This document shows positions 36,855 to 48,118 of a stretch of 64,000 nt of DNA, piece by piece; position 1 is the first letter of the stretch, and each line of letters begins with the position of its first letter. The translations under genes and the position numbers were made by a program. The stretch comes from Pseudovirgaria hyperparasitica. Taxonomy: Eukaryota. The stretch lies in assembly GCA_010093815.1 (NCBI GenBank), contig ML996576.1; one strand, 5' to 3'. Below the pieces are notes generated by a model. The model saw only the letters and a program-made list of their open reading frames with translations. It did no database searches and was not told the DNA's origin.

Positions 36855-37647
36855 ATAATAACTACAGAGGGCACAGATTTCGCAATATAAAGGTATCTAT
36901 ATATTCACGCATCATAACTTTAAGATACCCTACACTAGTTGTAGGGGCGGGCTGGACAAGGTAGCTTGCTCATCTCACTAAGAGACATTTGATCACAAGT
37001 CACAGGCAATCGCTCATTAACGTCGTATCGTTGGACTTCAGAGGTTAGATCGAGACATGTAGACCTATAGAGGAGAGAAGCCACTCTTATATAGATGAGG
37101 TCCTCGCTAGTCAGATCGCCGACTATCCCCTGGTTTCCTAATCTCCTCGTTTCCCGTTTCCTCATTCCCTGATTCCCTGATTCCCTTGTTCTCTTGAACG
37201 AATTCCTTTGACAATTCAAACACGTATCTTGCAGGCTCACATTCTCTCTCGTTGGCAGAGATAAATCCTACACCCCAAAGCTTTCCAGGTAGATCCACAG
37301 CATGCAGATAGGTACACTCATCATTTGCCATACTCGTTGGCCACTCGTAGTATAATGCCCTTCAGTATCCTCTCAACACAAGCCTTGCTCGAATGCAGGT
37401 GCTTTCTCCTGCCAAATATTTACAACGGTTATAGTACTACCTAAAGGAAGACACCTACAACGCGATATGCGGCTGGCAGCGGTGGGGAAAAAAGTTTGCA
37501 AAACGGAGAAATCATTGTCATGGATTGAAAGTCGAAATTATGCGATCTTTCTACTCGTTGGAGGAATATTGCTATTACCATTGTAACGCATGAGACATAC
37601 TATACGCCATCAAACTGTCGCTAGATCTCGTAGCTGTCTCCTCGCGC

Positions 37648-39134
37648 CTACTTCGCAACAATACTGACGACGTCCTCATCCGCCACAAGATGCCCCAACC
37701 CAACCCGCTGCGGTACATGTCTCGCACTCGCCCCCCACACCAACGCATATTTGAACGTCTCCTTCAACGTCCTATGCACCTGATCACACACATCCTCAAT
37801 TGTGCTCCCGGATCGCACGATGAGCGCCTCGCTAAAGTCCGGGTCAATGCCTTTCCTCTTCGTGTATAAGCGCATAAGCCGTAATTCTTCCCAGCACCTC
37901 TCCACGACATCTTGGATCCCGAGATCAAGCTCGCACGACATGACGCAAGTATTGGGTTCCCGTGCGAGCTTGTCGAGGAAGTCGAGAGATACAGAATCGA
38001 TTTTATTGTAGACATAGAGGCATTTTATGTACTTGCGGTGGTCCTTCATTATGACGTCGATGAAATCATCGACAGTCGCTAAGGGAGTGTTAGTCGAGAG
38101 AGGACTTGCTTACGCAAGGATAACATGCAAAGAGAGGGGATAGTTTACCGTTTTCGTCGCGCACGAGGACTTCAGCGTTTAGCATCTTGTAGTCTCGGAG
38201 GATGTTGTAGACGAGCTTTTCGTCGATATATTTGGGCGGAGCTTGGAAGGTGATTTTCATGCCACCGGCTTTTTTGGGCTTGAGATAGATATTCCTAGGC
38301 ATCTTAGATCATAATTCTTCCTAACATGCACGCGCTGGTGGCTTACGGAGGCTCTCGGTTAAGTCGTATGCCCACGGCTTCCAATTCGGCTTCAAGCAGC
38401 GCACGTTGCTCAGCACGTTTCGTCGCATCGAGGACCATAACGATCAGATCGCTTGTCTACCGACATGATCAGCTCTCACAGTCCTATGATCCATTCCTGG
38501 TACGCGGCCTCACCTTCGCCGCCGAAATGACCTGTCGCCCACGACCTTTGCCCTCCGCTGCCCCCTCAATGATACCTGGTAAATCGAGCACCTGGATCTC
38601 TGCACCACCATACTCAAGCACGCCGGGAATCGCCGTCAGCGTTGTGAAGGAATACGCCGCGACTTCACTCTTCGTTTTGGTGATCTTTGACAGGAAAGTT
38701 GACTTTCCCACAGATGGGAAACCAACGAGTGCGATACGAGCATCGCCGCTTTTGCTGACGTCGAAGCCAGTACCGCCACCGCCACCAGCGCCTGGACCGG
38801 GTTCAAGAAGCTGCGCCCGGAGACGGGCAAGTTTCCTGATCAAGGTCAGTGAGAGGTCAACTCATAGAACGTTTCTCATAACGAACCCTTTGAGTAGACC
38901 TAGATGGTATTCTAATGTGGGGATTTAGATAAGTGGACTCTCGTGCAAAGGTAGCTCTCCCATACCGGTGGCCTTGTTTTCTTTACAATGTTAGAACGTT
39001 TTCATGTTCAGGCTTCGATCACGTTACTTTGCGTCCTCCGCATCTCATCCTCAATCCTAGTGAAGGATTAGCTGATTGTGTTGCGCGGGGCAACATACAA
39101 CGTACTCCTTGATTTTCTCTGTGATATTCACCAT
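37648..39134 (-). CDS. RBG2: Developmentally regulated GTP-binding protein (DRG2 family), multi-exon
   Basis: Spliced start [34 protein letters not shown]1 [23 protein letters not shown]-terminal TGS domain. Confidence 0.93.
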
Positions 39135-39445
39135 TGTATCTGTTGCTCACCTGAGTAATGTCGTCTAGTGTTTGGAAATGGGCAGGTGATATTGGCCTCG
39201 CGATGACAATGGAAAGCGGTCAAACATTCACAGAATCACAGATACAAGAGCTTGAAATAGTAGAAGCGACGCTAGCATAATGCTAGTATATATTGGGCTA
39301 GAGTCGTACGGAATCCCTCTTTCGAGGTAGAGGGTGAGCTCAAAAGGGCGAAGAGTCAGACAACGCTTTCGCGTTTCCTGTTGTCACCTATTTGAAATTG
39401 AGGCTTTTAGACTGCTTAGACGCTCTTCGCGTGAGGTCATTTAAG

Positions 39446-40468
39446 ATGTCTCAAATCCGAGTCGCAGCGTGCCATCTGTCACCGATTGTCTTCTCAGCAC
39501 GAGCGACAACAGACAAATGCATCGCAGCCATCAAAACAGCTGCTAAGAACGCTACTGGCCTTGTCGTATTTCCAGAATCGTTCATTCCCGCGTTTCCCGT
39601 ATGGAGTGCATTGCAGGCACCCACTGACAACCACGACTTCTTCAGACTCATGACGTCCGAGTCAGTGGTCGTCTCCAACGGCAAGTATGTTGACGCCATA
39701 CGAGAAGAGGCAAAGAAGAACGGAATCATGGTTAGTCTCGGCATTTCTGAGAGATTAAGTAGCAGAGATGGGACGCTATATAATTCGAATCTACTCATCG
39801 GTGCAGACGGCGGAATACTCGCCCATCACAGGAAGCTCGTGCCAACGTTCTTCGAGAAATTGACCTGGGCCCCTGGAGATGGTGCTGGACTAGTAGTGCC
39901 TCAGACGCCCTTTGGACGTATTGGAGCCTTAATATGTGGTGAAAACACAAATCCACTTGCCCGCTTCTCACTGATGGAGCAGGGAGAGCAAGTTCACATC
40001 AGCACTTTCCCTCCGATCTGGCCAACGCGAGTACCGTCTACGTCTGCTTCGTCGGGCAAAAACTATGACAACGTTGCTGCAAACAGAACACGAGCCGCTG
40101 GTCATTGTTTTGAAGCAAAGTGCTTTGGTCTTGTTTGCTCAGGATACCTGGACAATGCGTCGATTGAAAAGATCTCCTCCATGTCTACTGATCAGGCCTT
40201 CATGCGAGATGCATTGGCTGGCTCTCCGCGGGCAGCAACGTTTTTCTTGGATCCTACTGGGGCTGCGAAGAATGGATATACGGTTGACAACAGAACAGGC
40301 GAGCAGAAGGTGGTCGAGTACTTGCGGGACACGGAGAATGTCTTGTACGCTGATCTCGATCTAAATGAGACAATCGAAGGCAAGCAGTACCATGACGTTG
40401 CAGGTGGGTATCAGAGATTCGATGTGTTCAAGTTCGAAGTCAATCGGTCCAGAAGGATAGGAACGTAA
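39446..40468 (+). CDS. Nitrilase (carbon-nitrogen hydrolase family)
   Basis: Catalytic Glu-Lys-Cys motifs FPESF, HRKLVPT, LICGEN; ATG at 39446; intronless. Confidence 0.93.
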   Translation: MSQIRVAACHLSPIVFSARATTDKCIAAIKTAAKNATGLVVFPESFIPAFPVWSALQAPTDNHDFFRLMTSESVVVSNGKYVDAIREEAKKNGIMVSLGISERLSSRDGTLYNSNLLIGADGGILAHHRKLVPTFFEKLTWAPGDGAGLVVPQTPFGRIGALICGENTNPLARFSLMEQGEQVHISTFPPIWPTRVPSTSASSGKNYDNVAANRTRAAGHCFEAKCFGLVCSGYLDNASIEKISSMSTDQAFMRDALAGSPRAATFFLDPTGAAKNGYTVDNRTGEQKVVEYLRDTENVLYADLDLNETIEGKQYHDVAGGYQRFDVFKFEVNRSRRIGT

Positions 40469-40623
40469 AGTTCCAAAGTATTGCTACTAGTGTTATGCGT
40501 CGATCACCTAAAGATGTGTTTGTTTTGTCCACGAAGTGACTCCCGACACGCCACACTGAATAATTTTCTCACCAAAATGATCGCAAACGCCTCTTGGGAT
40601 GCATGAACCAGACTCTAACAGAC

Positions 40624-41568
40624 TCAGAACCTCTGCCCCTGTTGTGACCTGGCTTGTTGCTGCTGAGCCAACATTTGGGGTGTGAAGTTTCTGCCGGTCA
40701 TGAAGAACTCTGTCTCAGGGTTCATATCGAATTGTGTTGTTGAGGTCAATCCTCCTCTGATGCTCTGCTGCTGCTGTTGCTGTAGTGTTGAATGCGACGG
40801 CACCGAGAACTCCTTCGACTGTGTCGCAGGACTCTGATGTGCCTTCACGCTCCAGCCACTATCAATCTCCCGCTGCTTGCCGAATAGCTCTCGCAACGAA
40901 AGCTGTCTGCCCATAGCTACGCTGTCCGGCTCGTCTTCGTCGAGTTGGTTGTTTTCTTCCTTACCGTACCCATTTTTCTGCTTCGCCATCTCTGCGGCAG
41001 AGAGTACTTCGGCCTGTGCTCGACTCTTGTCTGCTCTTTCCGCACACTCCTGAATGGCTTTCGCCATTTGTAGGTGCAACCCTTCAGTGCTCGTCTCATC
41101 CTCATGAAAAACGTACAGTCCATGCACAACCATCTCACCGTTCTCATCCATACTTTCATCCTGTAGCATAATGTACGGCTCTTCCCATTGTACACTTTCC
41201 GCGGTCTTCACTTCGACCTCGAAGTTTTCTAATCCTCGTCTATTCAACACAATCACGCTATAGCGCACTACACCAAGCTCATTTGGGGTCAGCTCGCAAA
41301 CAAATATGGTGCCCTCAACGCCGGACTTGATCCACCCAGAGGTCGAGTGAGAATATGCGTAGACCGTGGCATAAGGTGCGATAGCGAGGATAGATGTTAT
41401 GGAAGGGTTGTAGCGGAGTAGCACGGAGTGGTTGAGTTCTTCATTGGAACGAGGCGGAGGAGGGGGGTGTGTTGACATTGTGGGTGCGTCGGTCTCGTAG
41501 TCCGAGGGTTGAGGCAACGGTTGCGAACCTTGATTATGCTGCTGACGCGTTTTCTTGCGCGTTGACAT
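40624..41568 (-). CDS. DCP1: mRNA decapping subunit Dcp1 (EVH1-like)
   Basis: LNHSVLLRYNPSI, W.KSGVEGTIFV, Y.VIVLNRRGLENF; ATG at 41568. Confidence 0.88.
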   Translation of the reverse strand: MSTRKKTRQQHNQGSQPLPQPSDYETDAPTMSTHPPPPPRSNEELNHSVLLRYNPSITSILAIAPYATVYAYSHSTSGWIKSGVEGTIFVCELTPNELGVVRYSVIVLNRRGLENFEVEVKTAESVQWEEPYIMLQDESMDENGEMVVHGLYVFHEDETSTEGLHLQMAKAIQECAERADKSRAQAEVLSAAEMAKQKNGYGKEENNQLDEDEPDSVAMGRQLSLRELFGKQREIDSGWSVKAHQSPATQSKEFSVPSHSTLQQQQQQSIRGGLTSTTQFDMNPETEFFMTGRNFTPQMLAQQQQARSQQGQRF

Positions 41569-41885
41569 AATGCAAATAAATGTTCGTGTTATATGGTCCA
41601 ATGTGAATATGAACGAAGTGGAGCTACAACTGTCCAGCCCTACAAAACGGAAGCACAAGCGTCCGTGCTTTCTACACTGGCTAAAGATTTCCAGACCTCA
41701 TCGTCATCATCCATTGCTGCTGCCGTAATCCCCACGCAGTCTTCTTGCTATTTTCGCAGAGCACATTCAGTCGTTTACTGAGCAGACTTTTTTCGTCGCC
41801 ATGGGCTGATTCACTCTAGATACAAATGATTATACTTTCGATTGTGTAGACCCCACTTGATGTTCTACGACCTTTGTACCCCGCG

Positions 41886-44800
41886 ATGTCAAACTCCCGT
41901 AGCTCCAGGTCCAACTCCAGGTCCAGCTTGCGCCCGGAGTCACTAGAACAGGATATTCCTGGGGCATTTCCCTCTGGAGCTCAAGCCGATGGTCCAAGTG
42001 CTGAAACTTCTCATCACACGTTGCAACAAGCTATCTATGCGAGACGGGCAGAATTCACAAGACAGAAGAGCATAAGGATCAAGGTTGGGACTTGGAATAT
42101 TGCTGCTCTAAAAGGGACCGATGAAGATATTTCTGGATGGTTCATCAAGGGAAAGGGTATCAGTGAGGGCTTATCGGGCTTAAAGCTCGACGATGGCTCA
42201 GGATACAATGTTTCGAAACTACCCGAAGGCGCCATAACGAAGGCAGAGTCGGCCGAAGATCAAGAAGCAAGGAGCTCGAACGAAAAGAGCACCCTTCCAA
42301 GAAATGACCCGTCCGCATTGCCCAGTGGTGATGAAATTGGGCTGTACGTGTTAGGTCTTCAGGAAATCGTGGACGTGAGCTCGGCCACAGAAGCTCTACG
42401 GCCATACACAGACCCGGCGACTGGGAATCGGTTCAAGACAGCTGTAGAACATGCCCTACCCACATATCAGCTCGTGTCCGAACAACAGCTTATAGGAATG
42501 CTACTCTTAATCTATGCCGCTCCGGATGTCACACCGCAAATAAGCGCCGTAAGCACCACGAGTGTAGGAACAGGACTAATGGGCTATATGGGCAATAAAG
42601 GCGCTGTCACGAGTCGAATTTTACTAGGCGAAACAACAAGGCTTGTATTCGTGAACTGTCACATGTCAGCTGGTGCCGACAAAGCAGCGTTAGATCGAAG
42701 AAATTGGGACTGGCAGCAGATTATGTCGAGAACAAAGTTTGATCCTGTTCCAAATCCTACCGGCATACCAAATCTCACAAACGAAAGCCTTGGCGACGAG
42801 GACTTTACTTTCTGGTTTGGAGACTTGAACTATCGTTTGACCGGCATGCCAGGGGATGACATTCGTCGATTACTCACACTTCATATCCGTAACGAATACG
42901 GGCTGCCACGAGACTCCACAGGTGGTGCAATTACCCGTTCGTCGTCAGGTACCACAGACACAGACTCGACACTCTCGGTTGGAGACAGGTTCTCAGATTC
43001 CTCGATGACCGTTCTCGATCCTGAAGTACTACCACCGCTACAGGATCCAGCTTCTTTGGAGACTACACTCTCATCGCTTTTACCTCACGATGAGCTACAC
43101 CAGCAACAACTTACTCAAAAGGCTTTCTACGATGGCTGGCAGGAAGGCAAAATTGAGTTTCTTCCTACATACAAATATGATGTAGGCTCCATCGGGCAAT
43201 TCGACTCTAGCGAGAAGAAACGATGTCCTTCGTGGTGCGATCGAATCCTATATAGAACCCGGAAGACCCGTCTCGCCGCTGAAATGAAAAGAAAAGACGC
43301 TGAAGAGACGCGAAAAAAGGACGCCGATATGAAAGCCAGGGGTATGGACCACGCAGGAGATGATGATAACGTTCTCTTCGATTACGACCCTGATCATGAC
43401 GCCGACAATGAATATGGTGAATTTGCAGAACCAGAGCTGGAGCTTGTCAATACAAAGGACGGACATCAGGACACTATCTTCCAAGAATACTACACGTCAC
43501 ACCAACGCGTGCTATCTTCTGACCACAAACCCCTGGATTCGGTATTTAGACTCATCTACGACTCGGTCATACCTGAGCTCAAAGCCAAAGTCCACCAGGA
43601 AGTTGCGAAAGAGCTTGACCGTGCAGAGAATGAAGGTAGACCTTGTGTCACGATGATCGTAGATCGTAATGAAGGGCTCGACTCGGACGTTATGAGTGAC
43701 GATTTTGACAACGACTTCGAGGGTGTAAATTTTGGTGACATACGTTACGCACAGAGTAAGACACGCTCGGTGACTATCGCAAACACAGGTCGTGTGCCAG
43801 CAACGATATCGTTTGCGGATCGTCCGTTCGTCAAGGGGCAAAACCAAGGACCAGCTCCACCTTGGCTCTCCGTGTATTTTGACCGTGATCCAGACATAAT
43901 AGATCCGAAACTACCTCTAGGAATCAAGGATCATTATACTATCGAGCCCGGAGATTCCAGTACAGTCGAGCTGACTCTAAAGGTTGCGGTCATGGAGCTT
44001 GTTCGTTCTCTTAATGAGGACGTCTCTAACATTGATGACATACTCGTTCTACGCGTCGAAAATGGCCGAGATCACTTTCTTCCCATACGCGGTCGTTGGC
44101 TCAAGTCTACCTTTGCTCAATCTATCGACAAATTGATCAAAATTCCAGAGGGAGGAATCCGCAGGCTACAAGGACAAAAACCCCAATCTACATCAGCTGC
44201 GAGTACTCCTGGTAATACTACGACGCATTCGAAGGGCAACGCTGGGGTAATGTGGTCGACTCCCCGAGAACTGTTCCGGCTGACGGAAAGCATAGAAGTC
44301 TTAGTTGAACGCGTCATCGCGGAATGGGACATGATGACTCCTCAGCAGCAGCCTCAAGGAGACACCTCAGGTACTGCCACGGTTGTAATCGAGTCACCTC
44401 CATGGTACCTCCATGCTGCATGGCCATTTGTAGAGGACAGTTGGACACTCACGACTGTCGATGTTCGAGACAGGCTTAAATGCCAGCTATTTGAGGCATT
44501 GGACACCGATTCGCGCTTCGACTCGGTGTTCGTACCAGAGACTACACCTTTACATCGGCTTGAAGTCTTCGCTGAAACTCTGATGCTCTTCCTTTCCTCC
44601 CTTGTCGACGGAATTATACCTGCGTTAACGTTCACACAAATCGAGACCCACTTCGCTACATGCGATATTTCCAAACAACAGTCACATTCAATTGACGATG
44701 AACGAACTGCTCTCCTCGAAATACTTGCCGCCTCTTGCCCAACACATAATGTCAGCTTTATGCTCCTCACCACAATGCTCTCGCGCCTTATGTCGGAGTT

Positions 44801-45068
44801 AAGCACCTATAGGGCAAGTTCAAAGGAACCCGGAATTCCAAATAGCCCAAAGAAGACACCATCGCATCTACCTCGAAAAAGCCTGAGTTTGGATCCGCAG
44901 CATGCACGGACCCAGATCGTTCGTAGGAGTCTTGCGGCGCTGTTTGCAGATATGATGGTAAGAATGGAGGACCCGGACAAGGGCAAGGATAAAGAAAGGA
45001 AAATGAGGCAAGACCGGAGAGTCCGGTTTGTTGAAGTGTTTCTGGGCGATGGTGAGGGTGGCTTCTGA
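41886..45068 (+). CDS. Inositol polyphosphate 5-phosphatase, OCRL/INPP5B-like
   Basis: WFGDLNYR, PTYKYD, PSWCDRILY, SDHKP motifs followed by an ASH-like segment (FGDIRY..VTIANTG) and a degenerate RhoGAP-like helical tail. Confidence 0.93.
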   Translation: MSNSRSSRSNSRSSLRPESLEQDIPGAFPSGAQADGPSAETSHHTLQQAIYARRAEFTRQKSIRIKVGTWNIAALKGTDEDISGWFIKGKGISEGLSGLKLDDGSGYNVSKLPEGAITKAESAEDQEARSSNEKSTLPRNDPSALPSGDEIGLYVLGLQEIVDVSSATEALRPYTDPATGNRFKTAVEHALPTYQLVSEQQLIGMLLLIYAAPDVTPQISAVSTTSVGTGLMGYMGNKGAVTSRILLGETTRLVFVNCHMSAGADKAALDRRNWDWQQIMSRTKFDPVPNPTGIPNLTNESLGDEDFTFWFGDLNYRLTGMPGDDIRRLLTLHIRNEYGLPRDSTGGAITRSSSGTTDTDSTLSVGDRFSDSSMTVLDPEVLPPLQDPASLETTLSSLLPHDELHQQQLTQKAFYDGWQEGKIEFLPTYKYDVGSIGQFDSSEKKRCPSWCDRILYRTRKTRLAAEMKRKDAEETRKKDADMKARGMDHAGDDDNVLFDYDPDHDADNEYGEFAEPELELVNTKDGHQDTIFQEYYTSHQRVLSSDHKPLDSVFRLIYDSVIPELKAKVHQEVAKELDRAENEGRPCVTMIVDRNEGLDSDVMSDDFDNDFEGVNFGDIRYAQSKTRSVTIANTGRVPATISFADRPFVKGQNQGPAPPWLSVYFDRDPDIIDPKLPLGIKDHYTIEPGDSSTVELTLKVAVMELVRSLNEDVSNIDDILVLRVENGRDHFLPIRGRWLKSTFAQSIDKLIKIPEGGIRRLQGQKPQSTSAASTPGNTTTHSKGNAGVMWSTPRELFRLTESIEVLVERVIAEWDMMTPQQQPQGDTSGTATVVIESPPWYLHAAWPFVEDSWTLTTVDVRDRLKCQLFEALDTDSRFDSVFVPETTPLHRLEVFAETLMLFLSSLVDGIIPALTFTQIETHFATCDISKQQSHSIDDERTALLEILAASCPTHNVSFMLLTTMLSRLMSELSTYRASSKEPGIPNSPKKTPSHLPRKSLSLDPQHARTQIVRRSLAALFADMMVRMEDPDKGKDKERKMRQDRRVRFVEVFLGDGEGGF

Positions 45069-47206
45069 GTTATGGCAGGGTTGGGGTGCGGATTTGTCTT
45101 TGGATCGCAAATGGATGGAGCTCGACCTGTGAGGTGATACCCTTATCGAATTAATGACATTAATGGAGCATCGATATACTAAGAGGAACTTGGTTTACAG
45201 ACAATGTTTTGTGTAGGATCATGTCTACTACAAATAAATCAATAATATAGTTTCCATTGTCGCCCTCGCCACTGCGCTCCTGTATAAGCTGGGCGTGTCA
45301 TCATAACCGGCTCCAAGAGAGCTAGTAACCGTCCGCTTCGCCGATTTCAGAAATTCTAAAAGTTGGCACAGCTCAGTGTATGACTATGAGTACTTTCCGC
45401 TTGGCACTCCGTATTTGGCGGAAACAAACTCTCCGTCGAAGTTTTTACAATGTAGAGCACATCATTGGGCTGTAGGAGCAATCGTGCTCGACATGATTCT
45501 AATTTCCGCTGTGTTGTATACCTCCTGTTATACGTCATCCATGAAGTCTATGTCCTTCATCCACCCTTCCGGAAAATTCTGTCCAGACAACAACACACTT
45601 ACCCACCATACCGCGTTGTATTACCGTGGCTAAAGCCCAAGGTCGTACTAGCAATGCATGAAGAGAGACAACTAGTTGCAGATATACTCAGGACCTTTCA
45701 TTAACTCATATTCACACGTCACTTTCACTGTCTTATCATTATTACGACACCCTGGTTCGCGCCATTTGCTACAGTAGGGAACAGCTACTGTCTTCCATTC
45801 TATTTCCTTAGCTTTAATTTCATTGTTTACTTTGCTCAGTGCTATTTTGTGTATCGTCGGAGTACGATCTTCCTTTCTCGTGTTGCTGTTGTTTATCATC
45901 CTCTTTCGAGCTTTGACTCTACGTACTTGATCTCGTGGAGCCGATGGACAGAAGTGATTCCACTGCAGTCCATTTGTATGGGTTTTAATGTCCACCCGTC
46001 TTGTGCCAAGCCAAAGATCTCAATCATCGTCAATTTCGGGAAGTTCGAGAGGTTCGAGAGGTTCGAGGTTCGAGGTTCGAGGGTCAAAACGAGTAGACAG
46101 CGCATCGAGAGGATGAGATAGACAGCGAGACCTTTAGACACACGGTAATGTCGACGGTGGGAATAAAGGGTATCAGGCAACGGTACCTTGCTGCTCTCAC
46201 ACAAAGTGACGTCGTTGGGTGATGGTGCGAGCTGTGCTAACAGCGCCACAGTGAAAAAAACCACTCTAATTAATACCATATATATATCATATAAAAGCTG
46301 GGTAATCATCGATCAGAGGAATAAGTATTCGGCCAGGCGGTCGTAGGGGGATCGAGAGAGTACGAACCCCCGGGTTCGGATCTGCCCTTCGGTATGTTGT
46401 TTCTCAATTGAATTTTTTTCAGCAAATTTGAGTATACACCTTTTCGACCAACTCTTTTTCGGGGCAAATCGTTTGGTGATCTCATATCTGAGAATCTTGA
46501 AAGCTAGTTTTTCCATCGCCATCTGCAGGGATGATACTGGTTTTGCTCAAAGCGTAGGCAGAGCTGTACGGCTGAGCTCGCTACCGGTCATGTAGCTTTC
46601 CCCATGTCTTTAGTGAACTGTTTCTTGTCGGTATTGGGATTTCCGCGTCAGATTGTCTGTATGCATGATGTATTGCAGTTTCGTCTCCGACTGCCTCGGA
46701 TATTCTGCTTGACAGTCTATGTCCTGTTCGAAATGTCTTCAGAAATTGTTGGATCCCGGCCTTGTCTTTCATGAAAATCTTAGACGTCCATGTTCCATTG
46801 TCGCGTCTCTCCTTGCACAATGTATTTTCATCGGTTCGCGTTACAAGAGGGAATATAGCTCCAGCGATACCACATCCCAACAGTGAGCCCTTTATAGGGG
46901 CACTTTATCTGGTCATCTCTTCGGGCTATGAGGAGTTTACGACCATTGCATTTTAATGGAGAGCGCATACTGGGCCTTCAGTCGTAGCCCCGAGAACAAG
47001 CGCTTGGAGTAGGTGCTAAATAATGTACTTTGACTCCGCATACAGAGGACATTCTCCATTTATTAGAGAGGATATGAGAGGATATTTAGTGGCAGGATGC
47101 TTAATGGTGGTATCTACTTCCAAACATGTGAAATAATGTGTAGAGTTATTTGTTGGATATATACAGCCTTCTGATACACTCATAGCAGATACATGATTCA
47201 CTCCGC

Positions 47207-48118
47207 TCAGGTCCTAGCCACCATCTTACCAATTTTTATATCGGACTCGGAATGACCCAGTACTTGTCCCAGGTTATAAAGCAGCGCGAAGGAGGCCAAC
47301 ATTGCGTAACTGGCCGCATTTTCCGTCGCGCCCTTGGTGTCGAGGGCTAGAATGTTACGCCAGGTATATGGGTAGCTTTTGATTTTGTCGTTTGCCGCAC
47401 GTATCATCTCACGGAGTAACAGGTAGCTTAGGACGGGGTATGATCGATCTGGTGCCACGAATCTGTGTAATGACTGTCTATCGGAGACTTGATTCAGCGT
47501 GTCCTTTATTCTGCGAGGAGATCTGTCAAGCGGCCCCTGGCATAATGTGATGGATCGCCGGAAGTCTGGTGTAGCCAGCCATGGGTTGCGGATAGAAGCG
47601 TATACGGCAGTGTTAACAACCGGGCTATGGCACGGCTGATGGCCATGGAAGATCAACCCGCTCTTCATGCTCATCCAGGCCCGATCCGCCGGGATCCGGT
47701 CCCAGCCGATTAGTGGCTTTAGTCGTTCGGACATGGGTTCCCAGTTTGCTCCATTGTCGCAATGAATCAGTAAGTTTGCTGCGATATTCGACTCCGTCAT
47801 TTGATCAAACTCTAGGATCACTCCCAAGACCTGTACCACCCTTTCAAGGACGTTCGCATATTCGGGATCAGTAGGTTCGACTTTGAAGATGCTTTTGAGG
47901 GGTTGTGCCATGCCAGGGGGGACTCCGGACGTTAAAGTCAAATAATAACGAGCCAGAGCAGCACTCTTGTATGCCTCAGTCATTGATGCTCTTATCCTGC
48001 CTAAGTCGGCTTTTTCATAGCAAGTTTGGTCGAAAGCGAACGTCCAGCCCGAGGAAGAAGGAATGAATAAACCCAGTAACACTGCTGCGAGCAGCGTCAC
48101 CGTACGAGGTAAGAACAT
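47207..48118 (-). CDS. Secreted protein with degenerate M35/aspzincin-like metalloprotease motifs (effector candidate)
   Basis: 303-aa ORF with a hydrophobic signal peptide; ITLC, LLLREMIR at the usual HExxH position, ENAASYA at the NADSY position. Confidence 0.7.
   Translation of the reverse strand: MFLPRTVTLLAAVLLGLFIPSSSGWTFAFDQTCYEKADLGRIRASMTEAYKSAALARYYLTLTSGVPPGMAQPLKSIFKVEPTDPEYANVLERVVQVLGVILEFDQMTESNIAANLLIHCDNGANWEPMSERLKPLIGWDRIPADRAWMSMKSGLIFHGHQPCHSPVVNTAVYASIRNPWLATPDFRRSITLCQGPLDRSPRRIKDTLNQVSDRQSLHRFVAPDRSYPVLSYLLLREMIRAANDKIKSYPYTWRNILALDTKGATENAASYAMLASFALLYNLGQVLGHSESDIKIGKMVART

Noticed and set aside
46042..46081. gttcgag(ag) short tandem repeat
   Set aside because: Simple minisatellite with no further structure.
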